Positions 28,804 to 47,126 of a stretch of 64,000 nucleotides of DNA are shown one piece after another. How positions within the stretch are numbered: position 1 is the stretch's first letter; each line of letters starts with the position of its first letter. Position numbers and translations under genes: made by a program. The notes under the pieces are model-generated. The model did not search any database and was not told the DNA's origin. It saw only the letters and a list, made by a program, of their open reading frames with translations. The DNA lies in contig OY970296.1 in NCBI GenBank assembly GCA_963716175.1, forward strand, positions 1,120,001 to 1,184,000. Reading direction: 5' to 3'. This DNA comes from an uncultured Armatimonadetes bacterium. Lineage in GTDB: Bacteria; Armatimonadota; Hebobacteria; Hebobacterales; Hebobacteraceae.

Positions 28804-30753
28804 CTACAGCCCCCAGAAGCTATAGGTGGGCACGCCCCAGATCAGCCCCACCAGGGGCCAGCCGCACCCGATCACGCTCTCGCCCAGAATCAGGCCGTAG
28901 AACAGGGGCAGCGCCTGCCGGTAGAGCCGGAGGCCCCCATAGCGCAGCACCAGCGACTTCACGATCCACGCAATCAGCATCGGCATCCACACGATGTGGA
29001 TGGACCAGCTCGCGGACAGCGCGTAGGCCACCGGGTGCAGAGGCCACCCCATGAAGGTGGTCCGCGCCAGCCCCAGCAGCATGGTGATGGCGAAGCCGAC
29101 TCCGATCCCGATCAAGGCCAGGGGATTGGGCTGGGTGGGGTTCTGCACCCAGCTCTGCAGGTTCTCCACCATCTCCACCCCGCGCCAGTCCCCGCCCCCG
29201 AACTTCGAGGACACCCCCAGGACATAGGCGTAGTGCAGCCAGCCCCAGAACACCGAGAGCGTCCCCGCCAGCGTGGCCAACACCATCGCCACCACCAGCG
29301 CCCGGCTGGAGGAGCGGCTGCGGTGCGCCATCTGCACTCCCTCGATGGTGATCCCGATGGGGTGAGCGCGATAGGCGCGGTTGAACCACCACAGCAGGCT
29401 GAGCACCACCAGGTCCTGCTGCCTGATGCTGGCCGTGCCCGCCACATAGGTGATGGTCTGTCCCGGGCCCGCCAGGTGGAAGTCGTGCACCGGAGAGCCG
29501 AACTCCGCTCGCACCCGCGCCACCGCCAGCGACACCAGGTAGTACATCACGAAAAAGGGCGCCGCCAGCCGCAGCGACAGCCGGGCGTGCATCGTGAACG
29601 CCACCAGCAGCGCGATTCCCACCACCGCCCCGACCGCCGCCACGCGATAGCTCAACCCTTCTTGTCTGTCATCCGCCTCTGAGCGTCGGCCCAGCACCCG
29701 CAGCCACACCTCCCGGAAGTAGCGCCGCCCCATCAGCAGGGGGGCGATGGCGATGGCGAGATAGCCGCCGAACATCTGCTCGTTGGCGTACGGAAACACG
29801 CTCTTCGCCTGCTCCGACCACCCCTGGCTCACTCCCACCGCGGTGGCGATCACGAACATCGCCTTCCACCAGAAGAAGAAGAAGACCGAGGAGAACAGCA
29901 GATCCAGGGGCACCAGGAAGGCCATCCCGATCACCGCCGGGTAGAACGTCACCGGAAGCCAGCCGATCCCGCTCCAGGGCGGGTCCGGCAGGTACTTCAT
30001 GAGATCATTCGACCCCCAGGTGTCCATGGTGGGCGCGATCGAGAGATAGGGGATGGCGGGGTAGATGTAGTGCAGACCATTGACCAGATCTATGCCCCCC
30101 GCGGCCGCGAACCCGACCCAGAGCAGAGGATTGCGCCACAGTGGCGTGCGCGGCTCGCTCACCGCCAGGGGAAGCTGGATGATGGGGAAGGTGAGGCGCT
30201 CCCGGTCCGCCCATTGGGCGCGCACCAGCACTGAGAGGCAGATCATCACGAACACCAGCACCACGATGAACCCGGTCCACCACAGCACCGGGGCCAACCA
30301 GGCCTGGATCACCGGCCACTGGTACAGGGTGGAGGAGCCATTGTAGTAGCCGTAGAGGATGCTCCGGTCCCAGACCACCAGCCAGCGGGGCGCGCTCTCC
30401 AGCAGTTGGTCGTAGCGGTTCTCGGGGTTGGCGAACCAGAAGCCATGGGTCATCACCGGGATCAGCACCTGCATCATGTCCAGGCCCGCCAGCGCGGTGC
30501 TGATGGCCAGCATGCTGTAGACGATGATCAGCTCGCCCTGGGTCAGCGCCCACCGGGGCCGCAGCCTCCCCAGCGCCAGGTTTCCCAGGGTGAGGAAGAA
30601 CAGCACGAAGACCACATTGAAGAACAGGGAGATGGTGGAGGGAATGGGCCCGTAGGCGCCGATGTGCTCCATGTACAGCACCCACAGCGCGTTCGGCGGC
30701 AGCAAGATCAAGCCGACCAGAAAACCGCGCCAGGTGGGAGCACCCCGCTTCAT
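28804..30753 (-). CDS. DUF6785/DUF6784-type multi-pass membrane protein, paralog 2
   Basis: 649 aa, co-linear with and closely similar to paralog 1. Confidence 0.88.
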   Translation of the reverse strand: MKRGAPTWRGFLVGLILLPPNALWVLYMEHIGAYGPIPSTISLFFNVVFVLFFLTLGNLALGRLRPRWALTQGELIIVYSMLAISTALAGLDMMQVLIPVMTHGFWFANPENRYDQLLESAPRWLVVWDRSILYGYYNGSSTLYQWPVIQAWLAPVLWWTGFIVVLVFVMICLSVLVRAQWADRERLTFPIIQLPLAVSEPRTPLWRNPLLWVGFAAAGGIDLVNGLHYIYPAIPYLSIAPTMDTWGSNDLMKYLPDPPWSGIGWLPVTFYPAVIGMAFLVPLDLLFSSVFFFFWWKAMFVIATAVGVSQGWSEQAKSVFPYANEQMFGGYLAIAIAPLLMGRRYFREVWLRVLGRRSEADDRQEGLSYRVAAVGAVVGIALLVAFTMHARLSLRLAAPFFVMYYLVSLAVARVRAEFGSPVHDFHLAGPGQTITYVAGTASIRQQDLVVLSLLWWFNRAYRAHPIGITIEGVQMAHRSRSSSRALVVAMVLATLAGTLSVFWGWLHYAYVLGVSSKFGGGDWRGVEMVENLQSWVQNPTQPNPLALIGIGVGFAITMLLGLARTTFMGWPLHPVAYALSASWSIHIVWMPMLIAWIVKSLVLRYGGLRLYRQALPLFYGLILGESVIGCGWPLVGLIWGVPTYSFWGL

Positions 30754-30762
30754 ACTAGCGGT

Positions 30763-30847
30763 CCTGCGGGAGCCCGGTGCCTAGCTCCGGGAGAGCGGAC
30801 CGCCATGGCGGCCCGCCGGTGGCGGGCCTAGCCATCCTCCGGGCGAT
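30763..30847 (+). repeat. 85-bp composite REP-like direct repeat, copy 1
   Basis: 81/85 identical to 33554-33638. Confidence 0.9.
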
Positions 30848-30866
30848 ATATCGGTCCTCTCCGGAC

Positions 30867-33457
30867 CTACCCCACATGCCACACCTTCACATCGCCCGGC
30901 CCCAGCTCCACCTCCAGCACCACCGCGCTGCCCGCGGCGCCCGCGCTCACCCTCTCCTGCGACAGCACCTCCGTCATCTCCAAGCTGGCAGCACCCGGCT
31001 TGAGCGGCCCCAGCTCGAAGCTGATCTTCGCCCGCTGCACCTGGTCGCTGTCGTTGAAGGCCGTGAAGTAGAGCGGCGCGCCGGGCCTGCCGAATCGCTC
31101 GACGTAGACCTCCGGGTTGTCCGACCGCGCCTCGGTTACAGGCTCCCATCCCGCCGCGCTCAAGGCTGCGATCACCGGGATGTACTGTTTGAACCGCGGC
31201 CGGTCCCGGTGGTAGAGACTGGGGTCACCCCAGTACGGGTCCTCCGAAGCGTTGTGGCTGAAGAAGCTGGGGAAGAAGCCATAGGCCGTCGCCCGCTTCA
31301 TGTAGAGGTCAATCGCCTCCGGCTTCAGCACCTGGTAGTCGGTGTTCAGCAGCAGGAGGTATGGTCGCTGGTAGCAGAGAGCCCGTGCGTAGTTCGCCTG
31401 CTCGTCCGGCATCTCGCCGCCGAATTCCGTGCCCATCACATCCAGCCAGGCCGCGCCCCATGGGGTCTCGGAGGGGGTACCATTGGCAAAGGTCATCTTC
31501 CCCCGGGGCCACATCCGGTGCGCGATCTCCCTGGCGAAGTCCACCATGTCGAACATCGCCGACTCGCACACTCGCCCCTGGCTGTCGAACACCAGCGGAG
31601 TGTCGAGCCGCGCGAAGTGCTCCCGCCGGTAGTTCAGCTCCTGGCGGAACAGATACATCTCGAAGCTGTCGTGGTACACCCCCGCCAGCTCCGGGTTGCG
31701 GGCGAAGGCCTGCTCGATGCGGCTCCAGAGCAGCTGGAATTGGGTGACCGCGCCGCCCTTGGTGGGCACGGCCGGGTTGGGGTTGATCGCGAACACCGCG
31801 CCATCGCACCAGGGCTCGTTCTCGATGCGGCCGGCCCAGTGGCCCTGCGGGTCCTCATCGGCCGAGCTGGACACGGCCTGGTATTCCTCGTCGCCCTCCT
31901 GGGCTCGCGCTGCGATCAGGGCCATGGCGGCGGGAATGGTGCGCTCCATTTCCTTCGGCATGTCGACCCAGCGGCTCCAGGGCTCGACGTAGACGAAGCT
32001 GTAGATGCCGTGCGCCACATCGAAGGGCACGTTGTCGTCCCCTCCTTGAACTGGAACCCGAAATCCTGGAACCCCTCCACTGACTCAATGTCAGTGAACG
32101 GCATCCAGATGCCCTCTTTGCGATTGCGCTTGGTGAAGGCGTCGGGGAAGAGCTGGTAGTAGCGCTCCAGCGCGGCGCGAAACCCCCACGCGGGATCGCT
32201 GCGATAGAGCACCAGGCTGAAGCTCGCCCGCGAGGGGGACTTCTTCGTATCACGGGAGAGCCCCAGGTCAACCGCCGCGTACAGCTCCCGGGATTCGGCG
32301 TCATACCCGAAGCGCCACAGCCGCGGCAGGTCCAGGGGCGCGCCCACCGCCAGCGCCTCCCCGGGGCCGCCGATGCAGGCCAGCGGGTAGCGGGAGGCCA
32401 GGCCGTTCGCCCCTGCGCCCCGGTCTACGAAGTTGTCGTACTTCTCGCCGGCTTCGATCCGGCGGGAGCTGCGCTGGTCATCGTGCCACTGCCATCCGAT
32501 CGCGTCCACCGGGTAAGTGAAGTACACGGTGATGGCGCGATCCCGGCCAGTCAGGTCTTCGAGTTCCCCATCCACCCGGATCGCTCTGCCAACACTGCGG
32601 TAAGTCACGGCGAGCCGGAGCTTCAGCTCTTCGTCCTCACCCGCAAACCGGAGCGAGCCATCCGGCTGCCGGCTGACGGAGCCGCGGGGCCGGACGATAT
32701 CGGACTTCGCCGCCACGTCCCGCAGTCTGAAGCCGCCCCTTCCGGTGGTGATCACGTCACCGTCCGAGTCCAGTTGCAGCACGAAGCCGTCGTCAGTCTT
32801 GAGAGCAGGTCGAGGCACGCTCTTCACCTCCGAGCTATAAGATGCGATCACCGGCACCAGATCGAAGAGGCTGATGCCCCCCGGGGCTCTGCGCTCCCAC
32901 AGCCGGAAGTCATCGAACCAGGCGGTGCCGGTGCGGTGGCGCAGCAGCGCGTACATGCTGATGCGCTTGATCGGCTTCGCCGGCAGCACCGTGACCCGGC
33001 CGCATTGCCAGCCGTGGCTGCCGGCCTGGAATGGCGCGAGCTGGCCCCAGAGAGGGGTGCCGTCCGCGTATTCCAGGTCAAGATAGAGTGAGTAGTCCTC
33101 CGAGCGGCCGGGCGAGACTTGGTCGGCCTTGCTCCAGCACTCGGCGGTCACCGGCGCCGGCCTCTTCTGGTTGAGCTCGACCGCCAGCACCAGGCCCCGC
33201 TGCTCCTGAGGGGAGAGATTGCCGCAGCGGGCGCTGAACCGGCCGCTGTGCTTGACCTCGCCATCCACCTGATAGCCCAACCCGTACCGCGCCCATCCTG
33301 CGAAATCGCCGCGGATCACCTGCTCGAGATTCGCGTTCGGCACGCTGATCAGCTCGGGCGCGGGCTCTTCCCGCAGCGTGCGCTTGACCACCCGGCCCTC
33401 AGCGAGACCACAAGAGGTCCACAGGAAAATCAGCGCGGCCGTCAGCCACCACGACAT
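30867..33457 (-). CDS. Secreted protein, CBM-like N-terminus plus putative glycoside-hydrolase-like barrel; frameshift near 32040
   Basis: Signal peptide, jelly-roll motifs (VKHSGRFSARC, GTAWFDD); adding one G at ~32040 joins the two ORFs; GVYHDS in C-terminal half. Confidence 0.7.
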
Positions 33458-33553
33458 CGCGGTTGCATCTCCTCTCGCCCCCTCCCCAGTGCTCTATACC
33501 ACCGCGCCGACGGCCTTACCTGCGTGCCGCCAGCGGTACAGGTCTCCGCATTG

Positions 33554-33638
33554 CCTGTGGGAGCCCGGTGGCTACGTCCGGGAGAGCGGACCGCCATGGC
33601 GGCCCGCCGGTGGCGGGCCTAGCCATCCTCCGGGCGAT
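33554..33638 (+). repeat. 85-bp composite REP-like direct repeat, copy 2
   Basis: 81/85 identical to 30763-30847. Confidence 0.9.
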
Positions 33639-33688
33639 TACCTGAGGACACAGGAATCTCTGCTTCCCAACGCCGAATACACTACCCC

Positions 33689-33818
33689 GGCGGGCATGCA
33701 GAGATGGCTAGGTCGCCAACGGCAACCGCTGGCTAAGCCTGCCTTCGGCGGGCCGCCATCCCGGCCTTCAGGCCTAGGGACATGGCGGCCGGAGGCCTAG
33801 CCACATGCCCGCCCTACA
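33689..33818 (-). repeat. REP-like element A with nested TGGCTAGG...CCTAGCCA cargo
   Basis: GGCGGGCATG at left end, CATGCCCGCCCTACA at right end. Confidence 0.75.
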
Positions 33819-33832
33819 GCCGGAGTCGCCCT

Positions 33833-35137
33833 GTGACCAAAGCCGACACCAGCTTCATCCGCAGCCGATCCGAGCAACTGGGTCTCCCTCTCGCCGACGC
33901 CATCTTGCGCGCGCTGCGCCGGAGCGCGCGGCCGGGAGAGCCGGCCCCGACCGTCCTCGCCATCTGTCCCAACTCCGAGGCGGTGGTGAAGGCCGCGGTG
34001 CAGGCCGCCAGCCAGGCCCAGGCGCCCCTCTTCTTCGCCGCCACCCTCAACCAGGTGGACCTGGACGGCGGCTACACCGGGTGGACGCCCGGGCAGTTCG
34101 TCGGCCTCGTGCGGGGGCTGGTGGCGGAGGTCGGATACATGGGCCCGGTGGTGGTGGGACTAGACCACGGCGGGCCCTGGCTCAAGGATGTGCAGACCCG
34201 CGAGCAGTGGCCCCTTGAACGCGCGATGCAGGGAGTGAGGGACTCGCTCGCCGCCTGCCTGGACGCGGGCTACGATCTGCTCCACATTGACCCGACCGTG
34301 GACCGCACCCTGCCGCCGGGCGCGGCCATGCCCATCGCGCTGGTGGTGGCCCGCACCCTGGAGCTGATCGCATTCGCGGAAGCCCATCGCCGCCAGGCCG
34401 GCCTGCCTCCGGTGAGCTATGAGGTCGGCACCGAAGAGGTGCACGGCGGCCTCGCCGACCTCTCCGTCTTCCGCAGCTTCCTGGACGGCCTCAAGGCCGG
34501 GCTGGCTCAGCGGGGGCTGAGTGAGGTCTGGCCCTGCTTCGTGGTGGGGAAAGTGGGCACCGACTTGCACACCACGGAGTTCGACCCCGAGGTGGCGAGA
34601 GCGCTCGCCCGAATCGCCGCTCCCTATGGCTCTGTGATCAAGGGCCACTACACCGATTCGGTATCCAACCCAGAGGCCTACCCCCAGGCCGGCATGGGAG
34701 GCGCCAACGTGGGCCCCGAGTTCACTGAGGCCGAATACCAGGCCCTGGAAGCGCTCGCCCGCAAAGAAGTAGGGCAGATCCGCCTTGGCCGCCGGCCGTG
34801 TGGCGGCGACCTGCCCACCTCCGGTATCGCGGCGGCCCTCCGCCACGCCGTCATCGCCTCCGGCCGCTGGGAGAAATGGCGCCTGCCACAGGAGCAAGGC
34901 CTTGCCTTCGACCAGCTCTCACCCGAACGCCAGGCCTGGCTGGTGCGCACCGGCTGTCGCTACGTGTGGACCCACCCGAGGGTGCTCGCCGCGCGCCAGC
35001 GGCTCTACGCCAGCCTGGAGGGCGCGGGCGAGGACGGCGAAGCCGCGGTGCTCCGCGCCATCACCGGTGTGATCCACAGGTACTTCCGCGCCTTCCGGCT
35101 CACCGGAACCCTGGCACGCATCGAGGCCGTCCTGTAG
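33833..35137 (+). CDS. GatZ/KbaZ-like protein (tagatose-bisphosphate aldolase non-catalytic subunit / tagatose-6-P 4-epimerase family)
   Basis: ATLNQVDLDGGYTGWTP, LDHGGP, LHIDPT, YEVGTEE, KGHYTD, ANVGPEFT. Confidence 0.9.
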   Translation: MTKADTSFIRSRSEQLGLPLADAILRALRRSARPGEPAPTVLAICPNSEAVVKAAVQAASQAQAPLFFAATLNQVDLDGGYTGWTPGQFVGLVRGLVAEVGYMGPVVVGLDHGGPWLKDVQTREQWPLERAMQGVRDSLAACLDAGYDLLHIDPTVDRTLPPGAAMPIALVVARTLELIAFAEAHRRQAGLPPVSYEVGTEEVHGGLADLSVFRSFLDGLKAGLAQRGLSEVWPCFVVGKVGTDLHTTEFDPEVARALARIAAPYGSVIKGHYTDSVSNPEAYPQAGMGGANVGPEFTEAEYQALEALARKEVGQIRLGRRPCGGDLPTSGIAAALRHAVIASGRWEKWRLPQEQGLAFDQLSPERQAWLVRTGCRYVWTHPRVLAARQRLYASLEGAGEDGEAAVLRAITGVIHRYFRAFRLTGTLARIEAVL

Positions 35138-35193
35138 GGCGGGCATGTCGCTTGTCCTGCGAAGCCTGGGCGAAGCAGGACCGCATGCCCGCC
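35133..35193 (+). repeat. REP-like element A with CCTGCGAAGCCTGGGCGAAGCAGG cargo
   Basis: TGTAGGGCGGGCATG...CATGCCCGCC; its GTAG supplies the TAG stop of the upstream gene. Confidence 0.8.
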
Positions 35194-35236
35194 GGCCGTT
35201 CTCTCGGTCTCTGCGCCGCTGTGGTTCCGTCTGGCC

Positions 35237-37276
35237 TCAGAACACCCAGATCAGCTTCAGCGCCACCCGCTCGGTGAACCCCGTCCGTGTCGGGTCGGGA
35301 TCGCCCACCAGCACATAGGCATCCATCCCCCGGCGCACCACCTGGCGATAGGCGAGAAAGGCGCTCACCCCGGCATCGCGCGCGATGAAACGGGCCGAGA
35401 TGCTTTTCTCCGGCGTCAGGTCGTAGGAGGCGGTCAGCACCGCCTGGTATTCGTGGGTGGCGTCGGGTGATGGCGGCTCCAGCGCGGTCTGCTCCACTCC
35501 CAGATTCAGAGACAGGTTCTTCCTGGGCCTGAATCCCTGGTTCAGCGACAGGTAACGGTAGTCGCCGCCGGCGCGCACTCCCCTGGTGAGCGAGAGCCCG
35601 CCCCGCCGGTACATGTCCCGGTTGTTCCACCCGAAGTAGCAGTGGACATCAGAGCTGTCCTGGTTGAACTCCCGCGCCCGGGTGAGGCCGACGGAGACGG
35701 AGTAGCCACGGCGGAAGCTCCATCCCTTCTCCGGCGCGATGCGGGAGAGCCTGATCCCGCTTCCGTCCAGAAACGGGAAGTAGTCCGTGCTCACGTTCCA
35801 GGACTGCTGATCCACTCGGCCCTTCTCATAGAGCTGCCAACTGCTGAGGTTGAAGCTGCCCCCGATGGTGTTCTGGTCATAGTAGTAACCCAGCTCTGGG
35901 TCGAAGTCTTTGCTCACCCGGCGGAACATCCAGTCATAGCCCAGCGCGCCCGCTCCCCTCCAGTGGCCGCCCCCGAGGGAATAGACCCCGCCCGAGGCCG
36001 CGCCCTGGGTTTGCGACTCGTAGAGCACGGTCCACAGGGTGTCCCCTCCTTTCGGGTTCCGCCAGGTGTGACTGGCATCCAGCCCGTAGCAGAAGTTGTC
36101 CGGCTCCCCGACCTTGCGGTGGTTGACCAGCAGCAACGCGGAGCTGGTATCCTGGTCGAACAGGTGCTTCCAGGCTCCGGCCAGGGAGTTCTCTGAGCCA
36201 TAGCTGACCGCATCCAGCAGGCCGATGGTGTCGTTGCCAACGGTCCCGAAGAGCTTGAGGCCGGCGTCGAAATCCTCGATGCGGCGGGTGTAGAGGAGCT
36301 GTTCGCGGGGCAGATAGCCGCTCTGGCCGGTGACGAAGAAGGGCCGGCGCTCCTCCAGATAGCGTTCGGTGTAGGAGAACGCGATCGGCTCCACCACATC
36401 CTCGATCTGCTTGAAATCGGGGTTGATGGTGGCCAGCGTGGTGAGGCCGTTGGGCATGCGGTACTGCACGTCCAGGCCGGTGTCGAAACGGCTGCCCACC
36501 GACTGCCCCAGGTCCAGGGTGACATAGGGCATCAGCAGGGGCCGCGGCTTGAACACCGGAGGGTGCAACCCCACCAGGTCGGCGGCCTGCTTCCAGTTGA
36601 ACGACCGCCCCTCCATGATCGGGTACGCAGTCCAGATCCGCTCCTTCGCGAACCCCCGGGCCAGGGCGAACCCAAAGGTCCTCTGTCCGGGCGGATAGCG
36701 CAGGATGGAGAAGGGTATCGCCATCTCCGCCGTCCACCCCTCCGGGGTGCGAGTGGCTGCGGCTTTCCAGTCCCCCCGCCACTCAATCTTGGCGGCCGAG
36801 CCGCCCGGGATCGCCTCGAACTGCGTCCCTGCGGCCGTGACGTCGAAGAAGTAGGCATCCTGGTGCTTGTGCCAGGGGTCGAGATCCAACTCCACAAAGT
36901 CATCGTTCCAGATCTCGCCATTGCGCCGGGTCTCGGTGCCCTTGATGTCCTCCGGCGTCCGGTCTTTGCAGATCACCCCTACATAGATGGCGGTGCTATC
37001 CACGCAGATCAGCCCGATGGTCTCCTCCGGGCTGGGTTGGTCAACGTTGGGAGCGAAGAACCCCTCCAGCCGCGCCGCCTGCGACCAGCACGGGTCGTCC
37101 AGCTTCCCATCAATCACCGGAGCCGCGTCCACATACACGGCCTGCACCACCGGCGGGGTGAAGGCCTTCTTCCCCCCGGCCGGCTGAGCCGCTTCGCCCG
37201 CGTACCCGAAGCCGCAGGCCAAGAGCACGAGCAGGGTTGTCCCAGGCGCAGCAATGCGCCTGCTCTGGCGCGACAT
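35237..37276 (-). CDS. CBM9-like + DUF5916-type outer-membrane protein
   Basis: Signal peptide, PVIDGKLDD..W, WTAEMAIPF..LRY, TINPDF.Q.E, ERRPFF, C-terminal aromatic Phe. Confidence 0.85.
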   Translation of the reverse strand: MSRQSRRIAAPGTTLLVLLACGFGYAGEAAQPAGGKKAFTPPVVQAVYVDAAPVIDGKLDDPCWSQAARLEGFFAPNVDQPSPEETIGLICVDSTAIYVGVICKDRTPEDIKGTETRRNGEIWNDDFVELDLDPWHKHQDAYFFDVTAAGTQFEAIPGGSAAKIEWRGDWKAAATRTPEGWTAEMAIPFSILRYPPGQRTFGFALARGFAKERIWTAYPIMEGRSFNWKQAADLVGLHPPVFKPRPLLMPYVTLDLGQSVGSRFDTGLDVQYRMPNGLTTLATINPDFKQIEDVVEPIAFSYTERYLEERRPFFVTGQSGYLPREQLLYTRRIEDFDAGLKLFGTVGNDTIGLLDAVSYGSENSLAGAWKHLFDQDTSSALLLVNHRKVGEPDNFCYGLDASHTWRNPKGGDTLWTVLYESQTQGAASGGVYSLGGGHWRGAGALGYDWMFRRVSKDFDPELGYYYDQNTIGGSFNLSSWQLYEKGRVDQQSWNVSTDYFPFLDGSGIRLSRIAPEKGWSFRRGYSVSVGLTRAREFNQDSSDVHCYFGWNNRDMYRRGGLSLTRGVRAGGDYRYLSLNQGFRPRKNLSLNLGVEQTALEPPSPDATHEYQAVLTASYDLTPEKSISARFIARDAGVSAFLAYRQVVRRGMDAYVLVGDPDPTRTGFTERVALKLIWVF

Positions 37277-37523
37277 GTGGTGATCCCCCAGCGGTGGCGA
37301 GAACTTCGCTGTGCTGTGGACAGAGAAGAGGTAAGCCGGCGAGAAGCTCCGGTAGCATACCAGATTCCGTGCGCCGCCGCAACCACCGGCTGAAGTGGGG
37401 CGTGACCGCCGGGAGCTGGCGCTGACGCCCGCTTCCGGCGAGGAGCCCCGAGCCTACTCCGAGCCGAGGGGCCGGCGGGCGGGGTGTGACCGTTTTCTCT
37501 GGGTCGGCCGGAAATTGCTCCTC

Positions 37524-37616
37524 TGTCATCCTGAGCGTCAGCGAAGGATCTCGCCGTCTGCGCCAACCCAACGGCGGGATTCTTCGCGTCGCGCTGCGCG
37601 CTCGCTCAGAATGACA
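37524..37616. repeat. MITE/REP-like element with inverted termini
   Basis: TGTCATCCTGAGCG.CAGCGAAGGATCTC ... GATTCTTCGCG...CGCTCAGAATGACA. Confidence 0.8.
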
Positions 37617-37684
37617 ACGACGGCCTCCCAGACTTTGCGGTCACAGCCGGCGGGCGAAGGGCCGAAAAAACTGTTTCCAGGGTC

Positions 37685-37713
37685 TTGACAAGGGGTACAT
37701 GTCCAGGTATCCT
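37685..37713 (+). promoter_or_regulatory. sigma70 promoter of rpoBC
   Basis: TTGACA-N17-TATCCT with A-tract upstream. Confidence 0.8.
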
Positions 37714-38081
37714 ATAGTTTCACAGCCGACACGATGTGGGGGAATTGACGTTCTCGGCCGGCGATAGTGAACAAGCCGCTGCGCCACCCTTTGGACCCTC
37801 TTCTGGTCGAATAAAACGCGCGCCGGTTCTGGCGCCGCGCCACGCGCGCGACCCGGACTGGCGATTGGCCGCGTCTGCGGTGAGGTCCAGGTCCGAGAGG
37901 AGCTTCTGGCCAACGCAGCCAGCAGCTCGGCGCAGCAGCGGTGGGGTCGAGTCCGCGAATCTGCGCACCACCGGGCAGGACTGTCTAGGGAAATAGTGCG
38001 AGCCGTGCCAGAGCCGCCGCAGGCGCCTCGCCCAGCGCAGTGCCAGGTTCTGGTACCGCCTCCAAAGGGGAGATGCAAGGC

Positions 38082-46902
<8,821 letters not shown>

Positions 46903-46918
46903 CGCTCACCGCGAACCT

Positions 46919-46957
46919 GACAGCCCCCGCCCAGGGATGGACGGGGGTTGTCCTTTT
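46919..46957 (+). terminator. Rho-independent terminator of rpoBC
   Basis: GACAGCCCCCG...CGGGGGTTGTC hairpin followed by CTTTT. Confidence 0.8.
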
Positions 46958-47126
46958 GTGGCGGAAGCGATCGTGAGAGGAGTGTCGCTCCTGCGGGCGG
47001 CGACCGCGAGGGGAGCGAGGTGGGGCCCAATGATGTTCGCACAACGAAGTGATGTGCGAACATCGCCCCGTGCCTGTCTGGGCCGCGTCTTGAGCTTCGC
47101 CGCGTTACCTTATCCGGCGAAGCTCT

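Noticed and set aside
30763-33818. CRISPR array
   Set aside because: Only dispersed palindromic repeats, no regular repeat-spacer periodicity, no cas genes.
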